A stretch of 64,000 bases of DNA from Selaginella moellendorffii (taxonomy: Eukaryota; Plantae; Lycopodiophyta), in contig NW_003314310.1 in assembly GCF_000143415.4 (NCBI RefSeq), positions 738,611 to 802,610 of the forward strand. Reading direction: 5' to 3'. The notes under the pieces were generated by a model. The model searched no databases, was not told the DNA's origin, and worked only from the letters and a program-made list of their open reading frames with translations. Of this stretch, positions 47,715 to 60,600 are shown piece by piece; the first letter of the stretch is position 1, and each line of letters begins with the position of its first letter. Both the position numbers and the translations under genes were made by a program.

Positions 47715-48577
47715 TCAGACTGTTATTTTTTGCCTCCAACGCCTATACAATAATCTTGGAATTTCATCACTCTCCACACTATCAGGATTTAAACCCAATA
47801 GTAATGCCATCTCTTCTCTAATACGTCCACGCTCATGTTCAGTGGTCGAAGAACCCATCCGGTTGAGCAGATTATGGAGATGCGGATAGTGCTTGGCTAG
47901 ACAATATACATGCCATAAATGATGACTGGTGTCTGTCCGATCAAATGGCTTCTGATATACCGTTCCATCTGCCATTTGGTTGATTTCTGCAGCCACCTCC
48001 TGGACTGGCCGGTTCTCTATCACCATCGCTTCAAGCCGTTTTGCAAGGTCCCCCAGAACATACGGTTTCTTCTCCCTAGTTTCCATACTGCAAGAGATGG
48101 GGTGCACTGCATATGTGTGCGTGTTCGCTGCAGTTTTAATCGGCGAGTCATCGATGATGAGGATTTCACTTGACCTAGCAGTCCGGTTCATCACTACAGC
48201 CTCTGCCTTGACGAAGATGGGCTTGCTACCCCTCACATGGACCATAGTCAAGCAATCCTCCTGCGTTAGGAGAAAGTCAAATGGTAATATTACTCGCGTC
48301 TGATCGTGCATCATCTGTAGCAACGTTAATGCATTGTGGCGCATCATGGATGTCCAAACTCCCAATTGCAAATTGAACCCGGCCCTCTGTTTTAAGTGTC
48401 GCATGGTCATTATTAGATCCCGCAGTTTCTCCCGTGTGATTAATGTGAATCTGTCTCTTTTGACCAACTTGCGACCGCAGGCTTTGGAGGGTGCAGTGAC
48501 ATTCGAGGACGAGCCACGCTCATGGGAGAAAAGGACACCGTTCAGATCAAAAACGATACAGTACTTTCGCCGTGACT
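47715..48577 (-). CDS. FCP1/NIF-type HAD phosphatase-like domain exon (DLNG variant), upstream exon(s) not found
   Basis: IVFDLNGVL (motif I), GVWTS (II), FLLTQEDC, KPIFVK (III), ILIIDDSPIK (IV), uninterrupted to the stop. Preceded on minus by branch point GCTAAC, a pyrimidine tract and a TTTCAG acceptor (48578-48583). Confidence 0.8.
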
Positions 48578-48626
48578 CTGAAATGAAATGCGTTAGCATA
48601 AAAAATAGCAAGACCAGGAAAGTATA

Positions 48627-49320
48627 GTGGCCGGGATTAGACAGCATATTGCCTTCTGGAAGAGGGGGTTGGTGTTTGGTGGAGAATCCTATTTTCAGAG
48701 GTGCAAGCCTTTGCTCGAATACTGGGAGAAGATTATATCTGCTATCCAAAATGGGCCGGTTGTATATGAAGAATTGGAAGAGTCCTTTTGGCCAGAACCC
48801 AGAGCACCAGATAGTAGCGGAACAATGTCCTCTGGAAATGCAGTGACAGATAACGATGTTGAGGATCACTATTGTGGGCCGAGGAACAAGAAGCCGGATT
48901 CAGCATTCAATCCAGTACAGGTCTGCAAAGGAATGGTCGTGCTTGTCAGACCCAGTAATAAAAAACAAATGATATGGGTGGGGCGCTGCATCACTGATGC
49001 AGAGGAGGACGCGGAAACTAACTCCTTCAATGTAACTGTGGAGTGGTTCAAGCCAAGTTCCGGATATACGAAGGATTGCCTAGAAAAGAGATGGGTGCTG
49101 AATCCAAGGGATCCCAGCATGAGCATATCGGTGGATAATGTTGTGCATGGTTGGATGCGGAAGCAGAGTGCCACCATCACCTTGCCAGACCATGCAAGAG
49201 ATGCAGCAAGAGCATTCATAACTCGGGTTCAAGGTGAGATTCATTAATATTCCTTTACAAAGTTTCTAATGTATTTTTTTTCAAGGTGAACAATCCGAAT
49301 CTGAATCAGAGGAGGCTTGA
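48627..49320 (+). CDS. 3' portion of a transposon-borne gene (beta-rich BAH/Tudor-like C-terminal domain plus acidic tail), 5' end missing
   Basis: Open 206-codon frame without an ATG start (YW...FWP...YCGP...FNP...VVLVRP...IWVG...VEWF.P). A predicted GT-AG intron at 49234-49285 gives the C-terminus GEQSESESEEA*. Confidence 0.6.
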
Positions 49321-49535
49321 TATAGTGTGTGAGGTAAAACAAAGATGATGTGACATATGCATTTACCAATCACACATGCATAAATCTAATAATATGGCGT
49401 GTGGCCCATATTAATGGCACATAAACCCATATTGTGGGCTTACGTGCTTTATGTACCATCATTCCCTTGCAGCGTGTGTGTTGGTTTCCTTTTATAACAC
49501 AACGAACTCCATATTTTAGGGTGAAGAGCGTTCTC

Positions 49536-49793
49536 ATGGCAAGCACAAAATCTGTAAGTGAGGCAGAAAAGGAGACAGAGAAGGAGATAGGTGAAGATGT
49601 AGAATATATAAGTCTTCCAAACTCCCCGTACTATACTCCAGGTGATCATTTTTCTGAACAAATGGCAACATTAACAACTATCGAGAACGCCCCAGTAACG
49701 TCAGAGACAACAATCCAAAGCAAAACAACTGACCCGGAGAAGGATGATAGTACTGCCGAGAGTACCAAAAAGGAGGTGTCCACTAGCGCTTAG
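49536..49793 (+). CDS. Short acidic S/T/E-rich ORF (85 aa), possibly a truncated third gene of the TIR element
   Basis: ATG in good context (ctcATGG); protein-like composition MASTKSVSEAEKETEKEIGEDVEY... Confidence 0.35.
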   Translation: MASTKSVSEAEKETEKEIGEDVEYISLPNSPYYTPGDHFSEQMATLTTIENAPVTSETTIQSKTTDPEKDDSTAESTKKEVSTSA

Positions 49794-52318
49794 GCTTATA
49801 ATGGCGTGTGCCCTCATGCCATTTACTTGATCACCAAATACCTTTTTCCCTTTGCACTAGTATATCTTAATACCGGTCTGAGAAATAGAATGGCATGTGC
49901 CCTCAGGCCTTTTACTAAATCACCTTTGAAAGAAATGCAAGCCTCTATGTCGTAAAAAAAAGGTACTAGAGAAATTCCTTAATAATATGAATGTTATTTA
50001 GTTTCATGAAAATACACTAAGGGTCAAATGAGTTAAATGACTTCTCCAGACTAGCAATGCCTCTTGCTACACCTTCACAATTAGATTCGTTAGAAAAAGA
50101 TAACATTGAATAATATCTAAATGTTCTCACCATTAAGTTATATGTCTGGCTAATAGGAATGATGTTCATCTTGGAAAGCTCACCACACGCTCAATGAACA
50201 AACAAATAGTGTGTGCGCGCATGCCATCGCTCTTCTTTAGCTTCAGATTCGGCTTGTTCACCTTGACAATGAGATTTATTATACAACTAGATGGACTCAG
50301 TCTGGACATAAGGTCACCGCGCTAGTCACCATGCCCCAGATATGTCTAGCCCCTGGACAAAAAACATATAATTTCACGTCATTTTCAAATACTTGAAAAT
50401 TTGTACCTAGTCCCATTTTACTGAATAAATCCCACTTTAACGAAATAGAGCTTAACTCAGCTTAGAGTTGGTTTTTCTAGTGAATAAAATACTTATCTAA
50501 CAATATTACACAAGCTGATGAGTATGCAAGCTTGGCACTACCAAGATATGATAGCTCAACAAACATCATCCCAAATGTCATTGGTAAGGACCCTTATCCA
50601 AAGTTCCTTGGCTATCAACACTATTCACCATAGACAACACAAATCCTAGAGCTGGATTATGTTTGATGCTATAATGGATTTTGGCTTGATGGTGTTAGTG
50701 GCTAAGGAGATAAGTTTTGCATTGAAGAGGGAGAGGTGTTCTTGGGACATTTTTAAAAGGTGATAATAAAATTTAAATTTTTCATTATAATAATTTTATC
50801 AATATTAGGTAGATTGACAATATGGGCTATGATTTGCCATGCTATGCAGAAGCAATGGCATAAGCTCACATACAACAAAAGCCCATAATTAGAAGAAAGG
50901 AGTGGATGCTTGCTACTATACTTGCTTGACTTGATCTTACATCCTCTAAAACAACTCCAATTTTACCTCTCTATAACAAGCATACCCATTCCATGAAATG
51001 AGGATTGAAGGACTTGAGTCACTCTTCTCTCTCATTCTTTATGTGATTGTTTGTGTCTAGCTAAAGTAGAGTGCAAGAAGGCTTTTATTGAGGTTGTGAA
51101 CAATGATAGGTTTGGTATCACTTGAGAACTTTGGATTTTGAGCGTGTGGATGTATATTGATGATGGAAGGCCAAAATACAAAAGAAGTGGGATAGGGTTT
51201 GAGTGTTAACTTGCCCTCTTAACTAATCTAACATGGTGGCAACCGCCACTTTTTCTTGTTCTTGAGTCTCAAAGTTGGAGTCTTGAGACTCAAAATGATG
51301 CTTCTAAATGTAAGGTTGATTTCTTGTGCTCCACTTTTCTCCTACGATTGAATTGAGTTTCATCTCAAAGCTCTTATTACTCCATAGCATCAGGCTGTTT
51401 TGTTGCTATTGGGACTCTAGAGAGTTCGTTCTTGAACTTGTCGAGCTTCTATCGGAACTCATCATTGTCATCGTTATGATCACTCTCATTATCAGCATCC
51501 ATGACAATTGGTGGCTGCTTCACCTTGAGCTATCAGATCTTGTTGTGAAGTTCTACATTCTCCTCAAATACTCTTCTTGAGCTGGAGAATGTCACTCTAG
51601 ATCTTCTTCGTGAGCTTTGCGTCAAGGGGCTAGTAGACAATGGCATTGATCATAGCCTGGACTCTGTCTTACATGAAAACACTCATCTACTTATTGTGGA
51701 AAAGCCTTGTAAAATCTGCTGGTATCAACATCTATAGCGTTGGTTGGAGACACTACATTTCGTCCACAAACTAAAGAAATGCTGAGCTTAAAATCCAGGG
51801 AGTTAATCTCTAGGTCAAGCTTAAAACTTAATAAATATGGAATGGTGCTAAATTACAAAATTAGAAGTAAAAATAACATTGTTGTGTTCAAAAAATTCTC
51901 TATATTCTATAGATATACCCAACTAGCAGATTTAAACACTTTCCATAAATAACCAATAGGACTGGAATGGGATCAACACAAAAGGCATGATCGTGAGAGT
52001 AAATACGGTAAACTATCATTTAATAGGTATTAAAGGATAAATCTCAATATCACAGGGGCTCCTACCACTAATAAGCCAAAAACATGAGTTTCTCATCACC
52101 ATATCAAATATGTTTGATTAATGACAACTTAGGATTTCCTTTTTTAGTGTCCTTCCAGTCTAAGTGCATATATAATGACTAGTTTCTCAATTAACTTATG
52201 TGGAGACTAATAAAGGGTCTAACAATACTGACCTCATGTTGTTGTGGCAATAAAAAAAGAATATCTAAAAGGACTAGTTAATAGGTAACTTTTGATATCT
52301 ACAATCACATTCGTAACA

Positions 52319-55300
52319 CTCTCCCCCCCCTTAGAAAAGATTGAAGTCATTGTTAATGCATACTTTAGTCTAAATCACTGCCAAAGAAATAACTCTAAAA
52401 AGAGTTATGATGTTCACACTTTGTGAGAAATGAACCAACTTAAATGAACTAGAAGGCAATCTCTTTGTCTTATGCAAATGCACTACAACTCAAACACCTC
52501 TCAACCGTCACTAATAAGGAAATGACTAATGGAGTTAACCATCTTTACTATTCTAGATGTCATCTAATTTATAAAAAATGATATGTTTATACTTACAAGT
52601 GATATAAAAAGTGAAGCCAAAGGCCCCAAACCTCTTGAGCAAATAAAATAAACCCGTCAATAAGGTTTAGATAGATTACTGTAAGTAAGTACTTAGTGGT
52701 CACACCCTTTTAAACAAAATAAGGAACATCAAAAGAGCAATAGTAGCTACCTTATGACTAAATATTTCACTATACATCTAAAATGTCCAAGCTAATTTAT
52801 CTATACTAACCTAAATGGAAAGATCACAAGATGGATAATATCAAAGTCAAAGACAATAATATCTTAGAGACTAAATTATTAATGAATAAATTTTATATTA
52901 GAACACAAAATTATTCCAAGTAAGTTATCACCTAATAAACAAGTATTATAGAAACCATCAAGATCACTATAATTTGAAGATATAGGATTAATGATCCAAT
53001 AAAATTTAATAGCAAGTGTATCATCAAGAAAACTCAAAGCTTAACTACTAAAAAATTGCAGACAATATGTCAAACAATTTACAAAAGACAACTAAAAGAA
53101 CATAAAGTATAATTGATAGATAAGCAAAATGCTTATGAATATATCACCCAAATGAAATAACATCCTAATTTATCAAAATCAACTCAAGTAACAATCAATA
53201 GAACATAATGAATGTTGCAAAATAAATAAACACTTATTCATGCCAACCATTGCATCAACTAATCTAAATAGATCTTAGTTAACCATACAAAAAAACTCAA
53301 GTTTCTTAAGCAAGTGTTAATAATATTCTACTTATGTCTTAAACCTAAAAAACTAATCTAGAGCAAACCATAAAAAATATGTGGTAATGAGAAAAACCAT
53401 AAATCATCAAAGAGAACTAACCGTCATAAAAAATCATCTATCATCTCATCAATAAATAGATGCATAATCATCATTGAAGAAACAATCCACCACCCCAAAT
53501 AATGGTAAATTATTCTATATCAACAATAATCAAGAAAAACTTTTGACAAGGATAATCAACTATCCTAAATAATAGTCAATTATCACCAATGATTGCTAGA
53601 TACAAATATTAATTTCAATATCGAAGCTAATAAACCAAAATGCCTTCCCCTACAACTTTTAACAAACGGATTAATGAATATAAAAACTCAAAGAACCAAA
53701 AGCTCGAAGAAGCTTATAGGTAAATCTCCCCTAATAATGACTATGAGTCTTACATGAACTAATATCAATGCTAAAGAAGAAACCAAGAAAAATAAAGCTA
53801 TGCTCAATTAGTGATTGCCAAATGATTCTCTATTCCATTTTCTATAGTAAGATGAAACTCACTTCATCACAAGTATAAAAAAATATATTCTCAACTCAAA
53901 TCTAACAAAGAATTAATAATTTTAATATCAATTACTAACTCTTCCTCTAGTGAAGTTAGTATTTTTTTTGACTAAATCACTTTTCAAGGAAAAGCTAGAG
54001 CTCAACCTATACTAAATAATCTCATCTAGAACACAATTAACTCAACTTACTACTAAGCTCATTTGAATGTCAACTTAATTATTAACTAGCAATATGCACA
54101 AATACCAATGATACAAAAGTAGAACTAACTATCAACACCATCTTTATTAAGATTAATAAAAAGCAAGAGTGAATCACCACTCAAAACTTTTCTCTTCTTT
54201 TAGCAACTAAATTAGCTAAAGTCAAAGATACTAAACATAGTACTTAAGACCAATCAGTCAGCAAAACTTAGTCATAGATAACACATCATCAAAGAATGAT
54301 TCACCATATCCAAGACTTCATAAAATCCAACACTATAAACTAAATGCAACCAAATGATTTTGATAGAGGTAGAATTAACATACCAACGTGGAAAAACTAT
54401 GCAAGGATAATGACACAATCCTCCACAATACTATTCAGCAAATCAAGCCCATCACTACTTAATCATCATCGAATGAAGCAAATATCAATAGTCTTCAATG
54501 AAGTCTACAAGCAATCATTAGTTGTAAAACAACCCACAATCACTCATCAACTTGCCTTTATAAGACCCAAACATTAAACTCACATTATTGAGTCATAAAC
54601 TTGTCTAATAAGAAGGTAACATCCCAGGTATGAAATATAGGAATATGGATAAGCATAGACTAAATGACCACTCGAATCTAATTGTACAACAATAAGCTCA
54701 TTAATATGTTTAGTGAACAGTTCTAAGCATGCATGAAGGGGCTAGCTATGCATGATCAACATTCAGTCGAAACTAAAATGAAGACCATGAGATGGACTCA
54801 TATAATACATAACTTCCTAATAGACAAATCTATAGTATAGGTACCAATACCTTAACCTCATATAACTAAATTGGATATCACTCTCCTTAGCCAAGGAATA
54901 GGGCCACCAAGACCAAGTCAAGATCAGTGAGAGCTCATTACTCTCATAAAGTCTAATAAAATGTAAGGTGCAACCTGCCACTAAGTATAATGCTACAAAA
55001 GAAAAGCATAAGAGTCACCTTTTGTGAGACACAAATCTTAAAGCCCCAAAAGTGGAGTCGAAAGGGTGCCATGTAGTAGCGGCCGAAGCAGAGGCCAAAT
55101 GAGCATAACACATTAGGATTAAAAGCTCTAGCTTGAAAGGTCAAAAGCAGGAGTGAAACTCTCAACAAAGTGCTTAAAGAACGAGCATGAAACAAGTAAT
55201 AAGTGAGTCTCTAGAAAAGGGATACAAGAGGACCAACATATGACACGTGGAAGTGTCGAGATGGACCCGAGACGAAGTCTAAAATGGAGTCCGAGATGGA

Positions 55301-56930
55301 GTTTGAGATGGAACTAAAATTGAGGCTGAGTCCAAGATTGAGTTTAAATCCAAGTCTGAGTTTGAGTCCAAGTCAGAGGTAGAGTCAAAGTCTGAGCCCA
55401 AACACTAATACAGGTTATTAGGTGAAAGCCCAAAGCAATTGTCCCTCGGGTGGGGGGGGCAGGGGCTACAGGGGGTTCCAAAAGTATCGTAGGGAGAGTG
55501 TAGGGGTTGGACTCTAGTGGAACCAGTTTGGCCAAAAAAGGCAGTGTGACCAAGGAAAACTATACCCACGTGTTAGGTGATGAAATATATACTGAGGAGT
55601 CTAAGGCTAGAGTGAATACAAACAGAAAAACAAGGTAACTTGGTGATGTATTCAAAAGCCAACTCTAACTCCCTTTGGAGATTGAATGGTCGATGCTCCT
55701 AATGTAAATGTAAATGGCACTACCTACTTAGATATTTGGTGTGGCTTAACAAAACCTTGCTCTAGCCTCAAAGCTAGGGCACCCAAAGGTGGAAGGTGGA
55801 GAGAGTACCCATGAGGCTCGTGTAGGGCTATGGTATTTCCAAATATTGTCCTAAAGTCTTAGATTGAGGAAAGGAAGAGGAGCAATCCTCTTGTGTGGTG
55901 ACTAAGGATGTGGTCATATGGCAAGGAAGTCCTATAAGTCAATGTGACATAGTGGTCGAGCTTGTGAACCTTGACCCAACAGTAATGTTGGCAAACACGG
56001 CCGTGGATGGAAAGAGACTTAGTGGGGACCGAAAAAGGGATATTGGGGAAGGTTGTTCCCCATGTCTACAAGCATCTTAATGATGCTAAGGAGTGGATCT
56101 GGGATTATCACTCATGGATGGATGGCCCAGTCTTTGAGAGACAGGACTGTGATGTAAGTGTGTTAAATTATCGTATGACAAAGGTGAATGGGCATGGCTT
56201 TAGCATAACAGGTTGATATGTTGGTGGTACCTTTGGAAATCTATCAGGGGATTGGACACGTGGAGCACTTGGACTAAGTGCAAAAATTGAATGGCATGGA
56301 TGCTATTCTCGGGGCTAGCAAGCCCCCAAGTCTGGAATAGGATTTATGAAGGTTATGAGTGAGACTCTTCCAAGTAGTCGGAGGTGTGGTTAAATGACTA
56401 AAGTAAAATGGAAAATTTAATCACTTATACCTTTTAAGAAAAGCTCAATGGTTACTTTTCTACACCAATTCTAGACTTTATTCAACTCAATTGCCTTAGC
56501 CCTAAAAGTTAACATCCCTTTCAAGTTGCATCATACAAACTACCTACTAAAGTTTAATCCAACCAAAGTCAACTTTAACCCCTTCACTAGTTTGTATTAA
56601 CTTATGAAAATGGGATGCTTTTTGGGCAAAGTGATTAATAGATTAACCATTGGAAAAGCTTAAGAAAATTTATAGAAATTTTTCATCTCAGTTAAAGAAA
56701 AACTCTCAATCTAAGAATGCAAACTTTCAAGACTCAACCATTTGCAACTTCCTTCTACTTGCAACTTCAATACAAATTCTTATAACCCAATAAAATGTAT
56801 AAGTGTCTAACCACATACCTATATAACCAACATCCATACATGTAAAATAAACACTTTAAATTCAATCACAAAGACCATGTCTTTAGATATCCATATTGCA
56901 CTAACACTTTTTTTCAATTACATTCAAAAT
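52319..56930 (-). pseudogene. Heavily decayed Copia pol with PPT, interrupted by a family-A solo LTR
   Basis: PPT complement ctctcccccccc at 52319 next to a ...TAACA LTR-like end (52318). RT KARLV..GF-like remnant at ~54500-54570; integrase C-terminal ILLGY / VYGC remnants at ~56780-56842. Confidence 0.5.
55023..56429 (+). mobile_element. Family-A solo LTR (old, very short satellite)
   Basis: TGTGAGACAC...tcacttata with perfect TSD CCTTT (55018-55022 / 56430-56434). Confidence 0.9.
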
Positions 56931-56974
56931 CAAATGTAAAGCTAAAACACTAATAAGAAAAATGATAAAAGATA

Positions 56975-57705
56975 GAGTCCAAAATAGAGTTCGAGACTGG
57001 ATATAAGATTGAAACTAAGATTGAGACCAAGACTGAGTTTAAGTTCGAATTCAAGTATGAGTTTGAACACTAGTATAGGTTGTGGGGTGAAAGCCCAAAG
57101 CAATCATCCTTTAGTGGGGGGGAGGGGGGTTCCAAAAGCATATAATAGGAAGAGTATGGGGGTTGGACTTCAGTGGAACTAGGAAAGATTAGTATGACTT
57201 AAGAATAAGGAACATTACACCTATATGGTGGGTGATGATATAACCATAAAGGAGTCAAAAGCTAGAGTGAATATGGATGGACAAGTGGGGTAGCTTGGTG
57301 AAGTGTTCAAGAGCCCACTTTAGCTCCACTGGGAAATCAAATAGTTAATACTTCCAATCCAAGTATGGGTGGCATTACCTACTTGGATATTTGGTGTGGC
57401 TTATCAGAACTTCACTCTAGCCACATGGATAGGACACCCAAAGGTGGAAAGTGGGGAGAGTACCCACAAAGCTCATATTGGGCTGTAGTGTTTTGAAATA
57501 TTATCCCAAAGTCCTAGATTGTGGAAAAAAAGAGGAACAATCCTTTTGTATAGTGACCAAGGATATGGTTATATGGCGAGGAAGTGTTAAAGGTCAATAA
57601 GACTTAGTGGTCAGGGTTTTAGACTCTAACCCATTGGCGATCTTGGCAAGCATAGCCATGGACGAAAAGGGACTTGGTGGGGACTAAAGAAAGGAGATTG
57701 GGGAC
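56975..57705 (+). mobile_element. Truncated, diverged family-A LTR fragment
   Basis: Degenerate hexamer array, ggggtgaaagcccaaagc, gcttggtgaagtgttcaagag and ggagagtaccc. Both termini are absent. Confidence 0.8.
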
Positions 57706-57779
57706 AGCTTTTGCAATCAATCTTAGGATTTGGATAATAGTTAGAAACTCTTGCACTTTCTAGCCAACCTCTTCTTTAT

Positions 57780-58200
57780 GCTGAAGAGGAGATTCACATT
57801 ATGGATACCATGGCAACACAAAATCTAAGAGCTTTTATGGCATTATTCACTTTGCAAGATACTGTCATAGTAGAAGCACTCTTAGATTTGAGATTAGGGA
57901 GTAATGTCATCTCTTTGGCATTAACAAAGTCTACTGGGCTCCAGATCCATGACAACACAGCAGTCATCCTCAAAACCTTTACAAATCATATTATGATCCC
58001 CGCAAGTATATGTTGCTAAGTGCCAATATTAGTCCACAGGATATCATCATTGGTGGATTTCATGGTGATGAATTTCCAGTAAGTGAACTCACACTCCCTC
58101 ACCAACCTTATCACCTTGGGACACTCTTGGTATCTCCAAGCCAACACTGAGACATACTAGAAGAAGGGGATGATGCAAATCAGTGACAAAGTCACTATTA
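57780..58200 (+). pseudogene. Gypsy-type retropepsin remnant
   Basis: VEALLDLRLGSNVIS...GL...VDFMVM...LG pattern with stops. Confidence 0.55.
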
Positions 58201-58356
58201 GGAAGCTCTACAATGCTCATGGATGTTCTTTGATGGAGAAGATTTTACTCCTTTACAACTTGAGCCTACTCTTGTGCCCATCTAGACTGCTTTTCCAGCT
58301 AAGTTGGTTGTTTGTCTTCTCTTAGCTCCTCAATGATCCATCACTAATGGAAATGG

Positions 58357-59082
58357 TGTAAACTCCTGAGTTTGAACTTCTTAGAAGGTCACCCAACTTA
58401 GTACTATTCAAACCTAAAGACACTTAACCCCAAGTATCCTAAGACCCTTAACCGATTGGAAAAAAGGGTGCACTTTTATTCATGGCTTCTTTCCCTCTAT
58501 ATTTGAACCCCATAGATCGTCTCTCGAGTCGTTCCCTTTGGTTGCTTACAATCCACCACGCTTCCTTGCAAGTTCACGCCCTCGTGAATGGAAGCTGAGA
58601 GCCACAACTCTCCTGAGAGCCCTACACTTTTGACACCCTGTACCTCGAGTCAAGCCCAGCGGGAGCAAACTGGACCTACCAGATGTCACCACGCTTCCTT
58701 GCAAGTTCACGCCCTCATGAATGGAAGCTGAGAGCCACAACTCTCCTGAGAGCCCTACACTTTTGACACCCTGTACCTCGAGTCAAGCCCAGCGGGAGCA
58801 AACTGGACCTACCAGATGTCAATCAACATGTGGTGCAACTCCCTTAGCCAATCAATAGAGTCGAAGCCAAGACCCCTTTGATACCAAATGTAAGCTCTTG
58901 AGTTTGGACTTCCCGAGAGGTCACCCAACCCAGTACTATTCAAACCCAAGGACGCTTAACCCCACATATCCCAAGACCCTTAACCGATTGGAAAAGGGGG
59001 TGCACTCTTGTTCATGGGCCCTTTCCCTCTATATTTGAACCCTATAAATCGTTTCTTAAGTCGTTCCCTTTGGTTGCTTACA
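58357..59082 (-). mobile_element. Complete Cassandra TRIM with a 133-bp internal tandem duplication
   Basis: LTRs 58357-58550 and 58889-59082 with the 5S segment. Perfect TSD AATGG. PBS complement tttgatacca before 58889. Duplicated unit 58554-58686 / 58687-58820. Confidence 0.93.
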
Positions 59083-59499
59083 AATGGGGGGTATTTAGCA
59101 TCCACACTCAGTGCTACTTTTGAACCATCCATGGCCATCTTCTCCAATTCTATACAGTCCTTGTCACAATCAGAACTTCAAGCTTCAACCATAATTCCAT
59201 AGATTTGTCACATGATTGAGGAAACAAAACTTGATTAAACTATTTTGTCATGGGCGCTTCTAATGATTCAAGAGGTATTTAGGAGGCTCTTATCCAACCA
59301 CATGCCTGTATATGGATCTTCTCCTGGTTCTATTCTATAGTACGTGCTCACAAAATGTAGTGCACATGAATTTGGAGTTGAACTCTAAGCCTATTACACT
59401 ATCAAATGAGGGTCCAGTACAATCCCATAAGCACCAACTCCCAGTATCCAGCACCTACATGCAAAATAGTGTTAGATAGTGTCTAGCATAATTTTGGCA

Positions 59500-60150
59500 T
59501 ACCGGTGGCCTAACGCAAGAAGGAAGGTACCCCACTGACTAAAGTAGTGTAGAGCTTGGGTTTAAACCCAAACCAAATGTAAAACAAGGAATGACACAAC
59601 CCAACGGGAGCCAAACTAATGTTTTAAGTGGTCGGACATGCATTCTAACCACTATTCCCTATTATATATTTGGAACCCCCCTTGTTAAGGAACACACACT
59701 TTGGGCTTTCACCCCAAGCCTCCTTTAGTACCAGGAGTTAGTCTCTGGGACTAACTCAAAATTTACTAAATATAGAATGATGTTAGATTGCAAATTTGGA
59801 CATGGACAAACACCATTGTGTTCATGCCAATCTCTACATTCTATAAATATGCCAAATTAGCAAATCTAAACACTTTCCATAATTAGCCAATAGAACGAAA
59901 TAAAACCAATACAAAGGGCATGATAGTGAGAGTGTTTGGCAAACACAGTAAGCTATTATGTAACGATATTGAAGGACTAAACTTAATATCGAAGGGGTTC
60001 CCAACACTAGCAAGTGCAAGTCAATGAATGAATTTCTCTAACTAGGTCAAGTATGCTTGACCAATAGCATTTAGGAATTCCGTTCTTATGCTCATTTGGT
60101 CAAGTGCATATGCAACCAATTTCTCAACTAACTTAAGTGGAGACTATAAA
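59500..60150. repeat. Second dispersed LTR-like family; other pieces at ~51850-52220 and ~63615-63890
   Basis: Shared blocks gtggc.taacgcaag, tagagcttgggttt, ttatatatttggaacccccc, ctttcacccc and tagca.at.taaacactttccataa. The ttggaaccccc...gggctttcaccc core also occurs in family-A LTRs. Confidence 0.6.
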
Positions 60151-60164
60151 AGGAACCAAGAGTG

Positions 60165-60505
60165 CTCTGTGAACTAAGAAACCAGGAAAAGTCCTTTATG
60201 AGTGTGGAATGTTGTTTTATGTTGATCCTCATTGACTACTCCAATCTAATAATAACCAGAATGGAGATCAATCTTGCTAAAGATGTGCACTTGGCCCAAC
60301 TCATCCATGAGGTTGTCAATGCAAGGAATTGGAAATCTATTTTTGATGGTCACCTTGTTAAGAGCATGGTAATCCATACATAGTCTCTATGAACCATTCT
60401 TTTTAGCACCAACATAGGTGATGCAAAAGTGCTAGTGCTCTCTATGAGTAGTCCTTGTTGTAGAAGATCCTCCACCATCTTATCAACAATTTCTTGCTCC
60501 TCCCT
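60165..60505 (-). pseudogene. Ty3/Gypsy reverse transcriptase fragment
   Basis: [50 protein letters not shown]...[10 protein letters not shown] (one frameshift, stops). Confidence 0.85.
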
Positions 60506-60523
60506 TTGTTGTAGCACACACAT

Positions 60524-60600
60524 AACTCCTACTCCCACTCTTGCTCCCACTCCTACTTTTGCTCTTACTCTTACTCTTACTCTTGCTCTTGCTCTTGCTC
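60524..60600. repeat. Hexamer microsatellite (ACTCCY/ACTCTT/GCTCTT)
   Basis: Visible tandem hexamers. Confidence 0.8.

Larger units (their letters stand above)
46507..50454. mobile_element. DNA transposon with perfect 25-bp TIRs, superfamily unassigned (~3.95 kb including an N gap)
   Basis: TAAGCTCTATTTCGTTAAAGTGGGA (46507-46531) is the reverse complement of 50430-50454. Subterminal motif ATGGCRTGTGCCCTCA-like, inverted at 46609-46623 and direct at 49394, 49801 and 49890. The TSD reads as either TA (AGCT ends) or AC (TAAG ends). Confidence 0.85.

Noticed and set aside
48578-48869. N-terminal ~97 aa of the 384-aa minus-strand ORF
   Set aside because: This reads through an evident intron 3' end and the antisense of the plus-strand ORF; it is probably not part of the protein.
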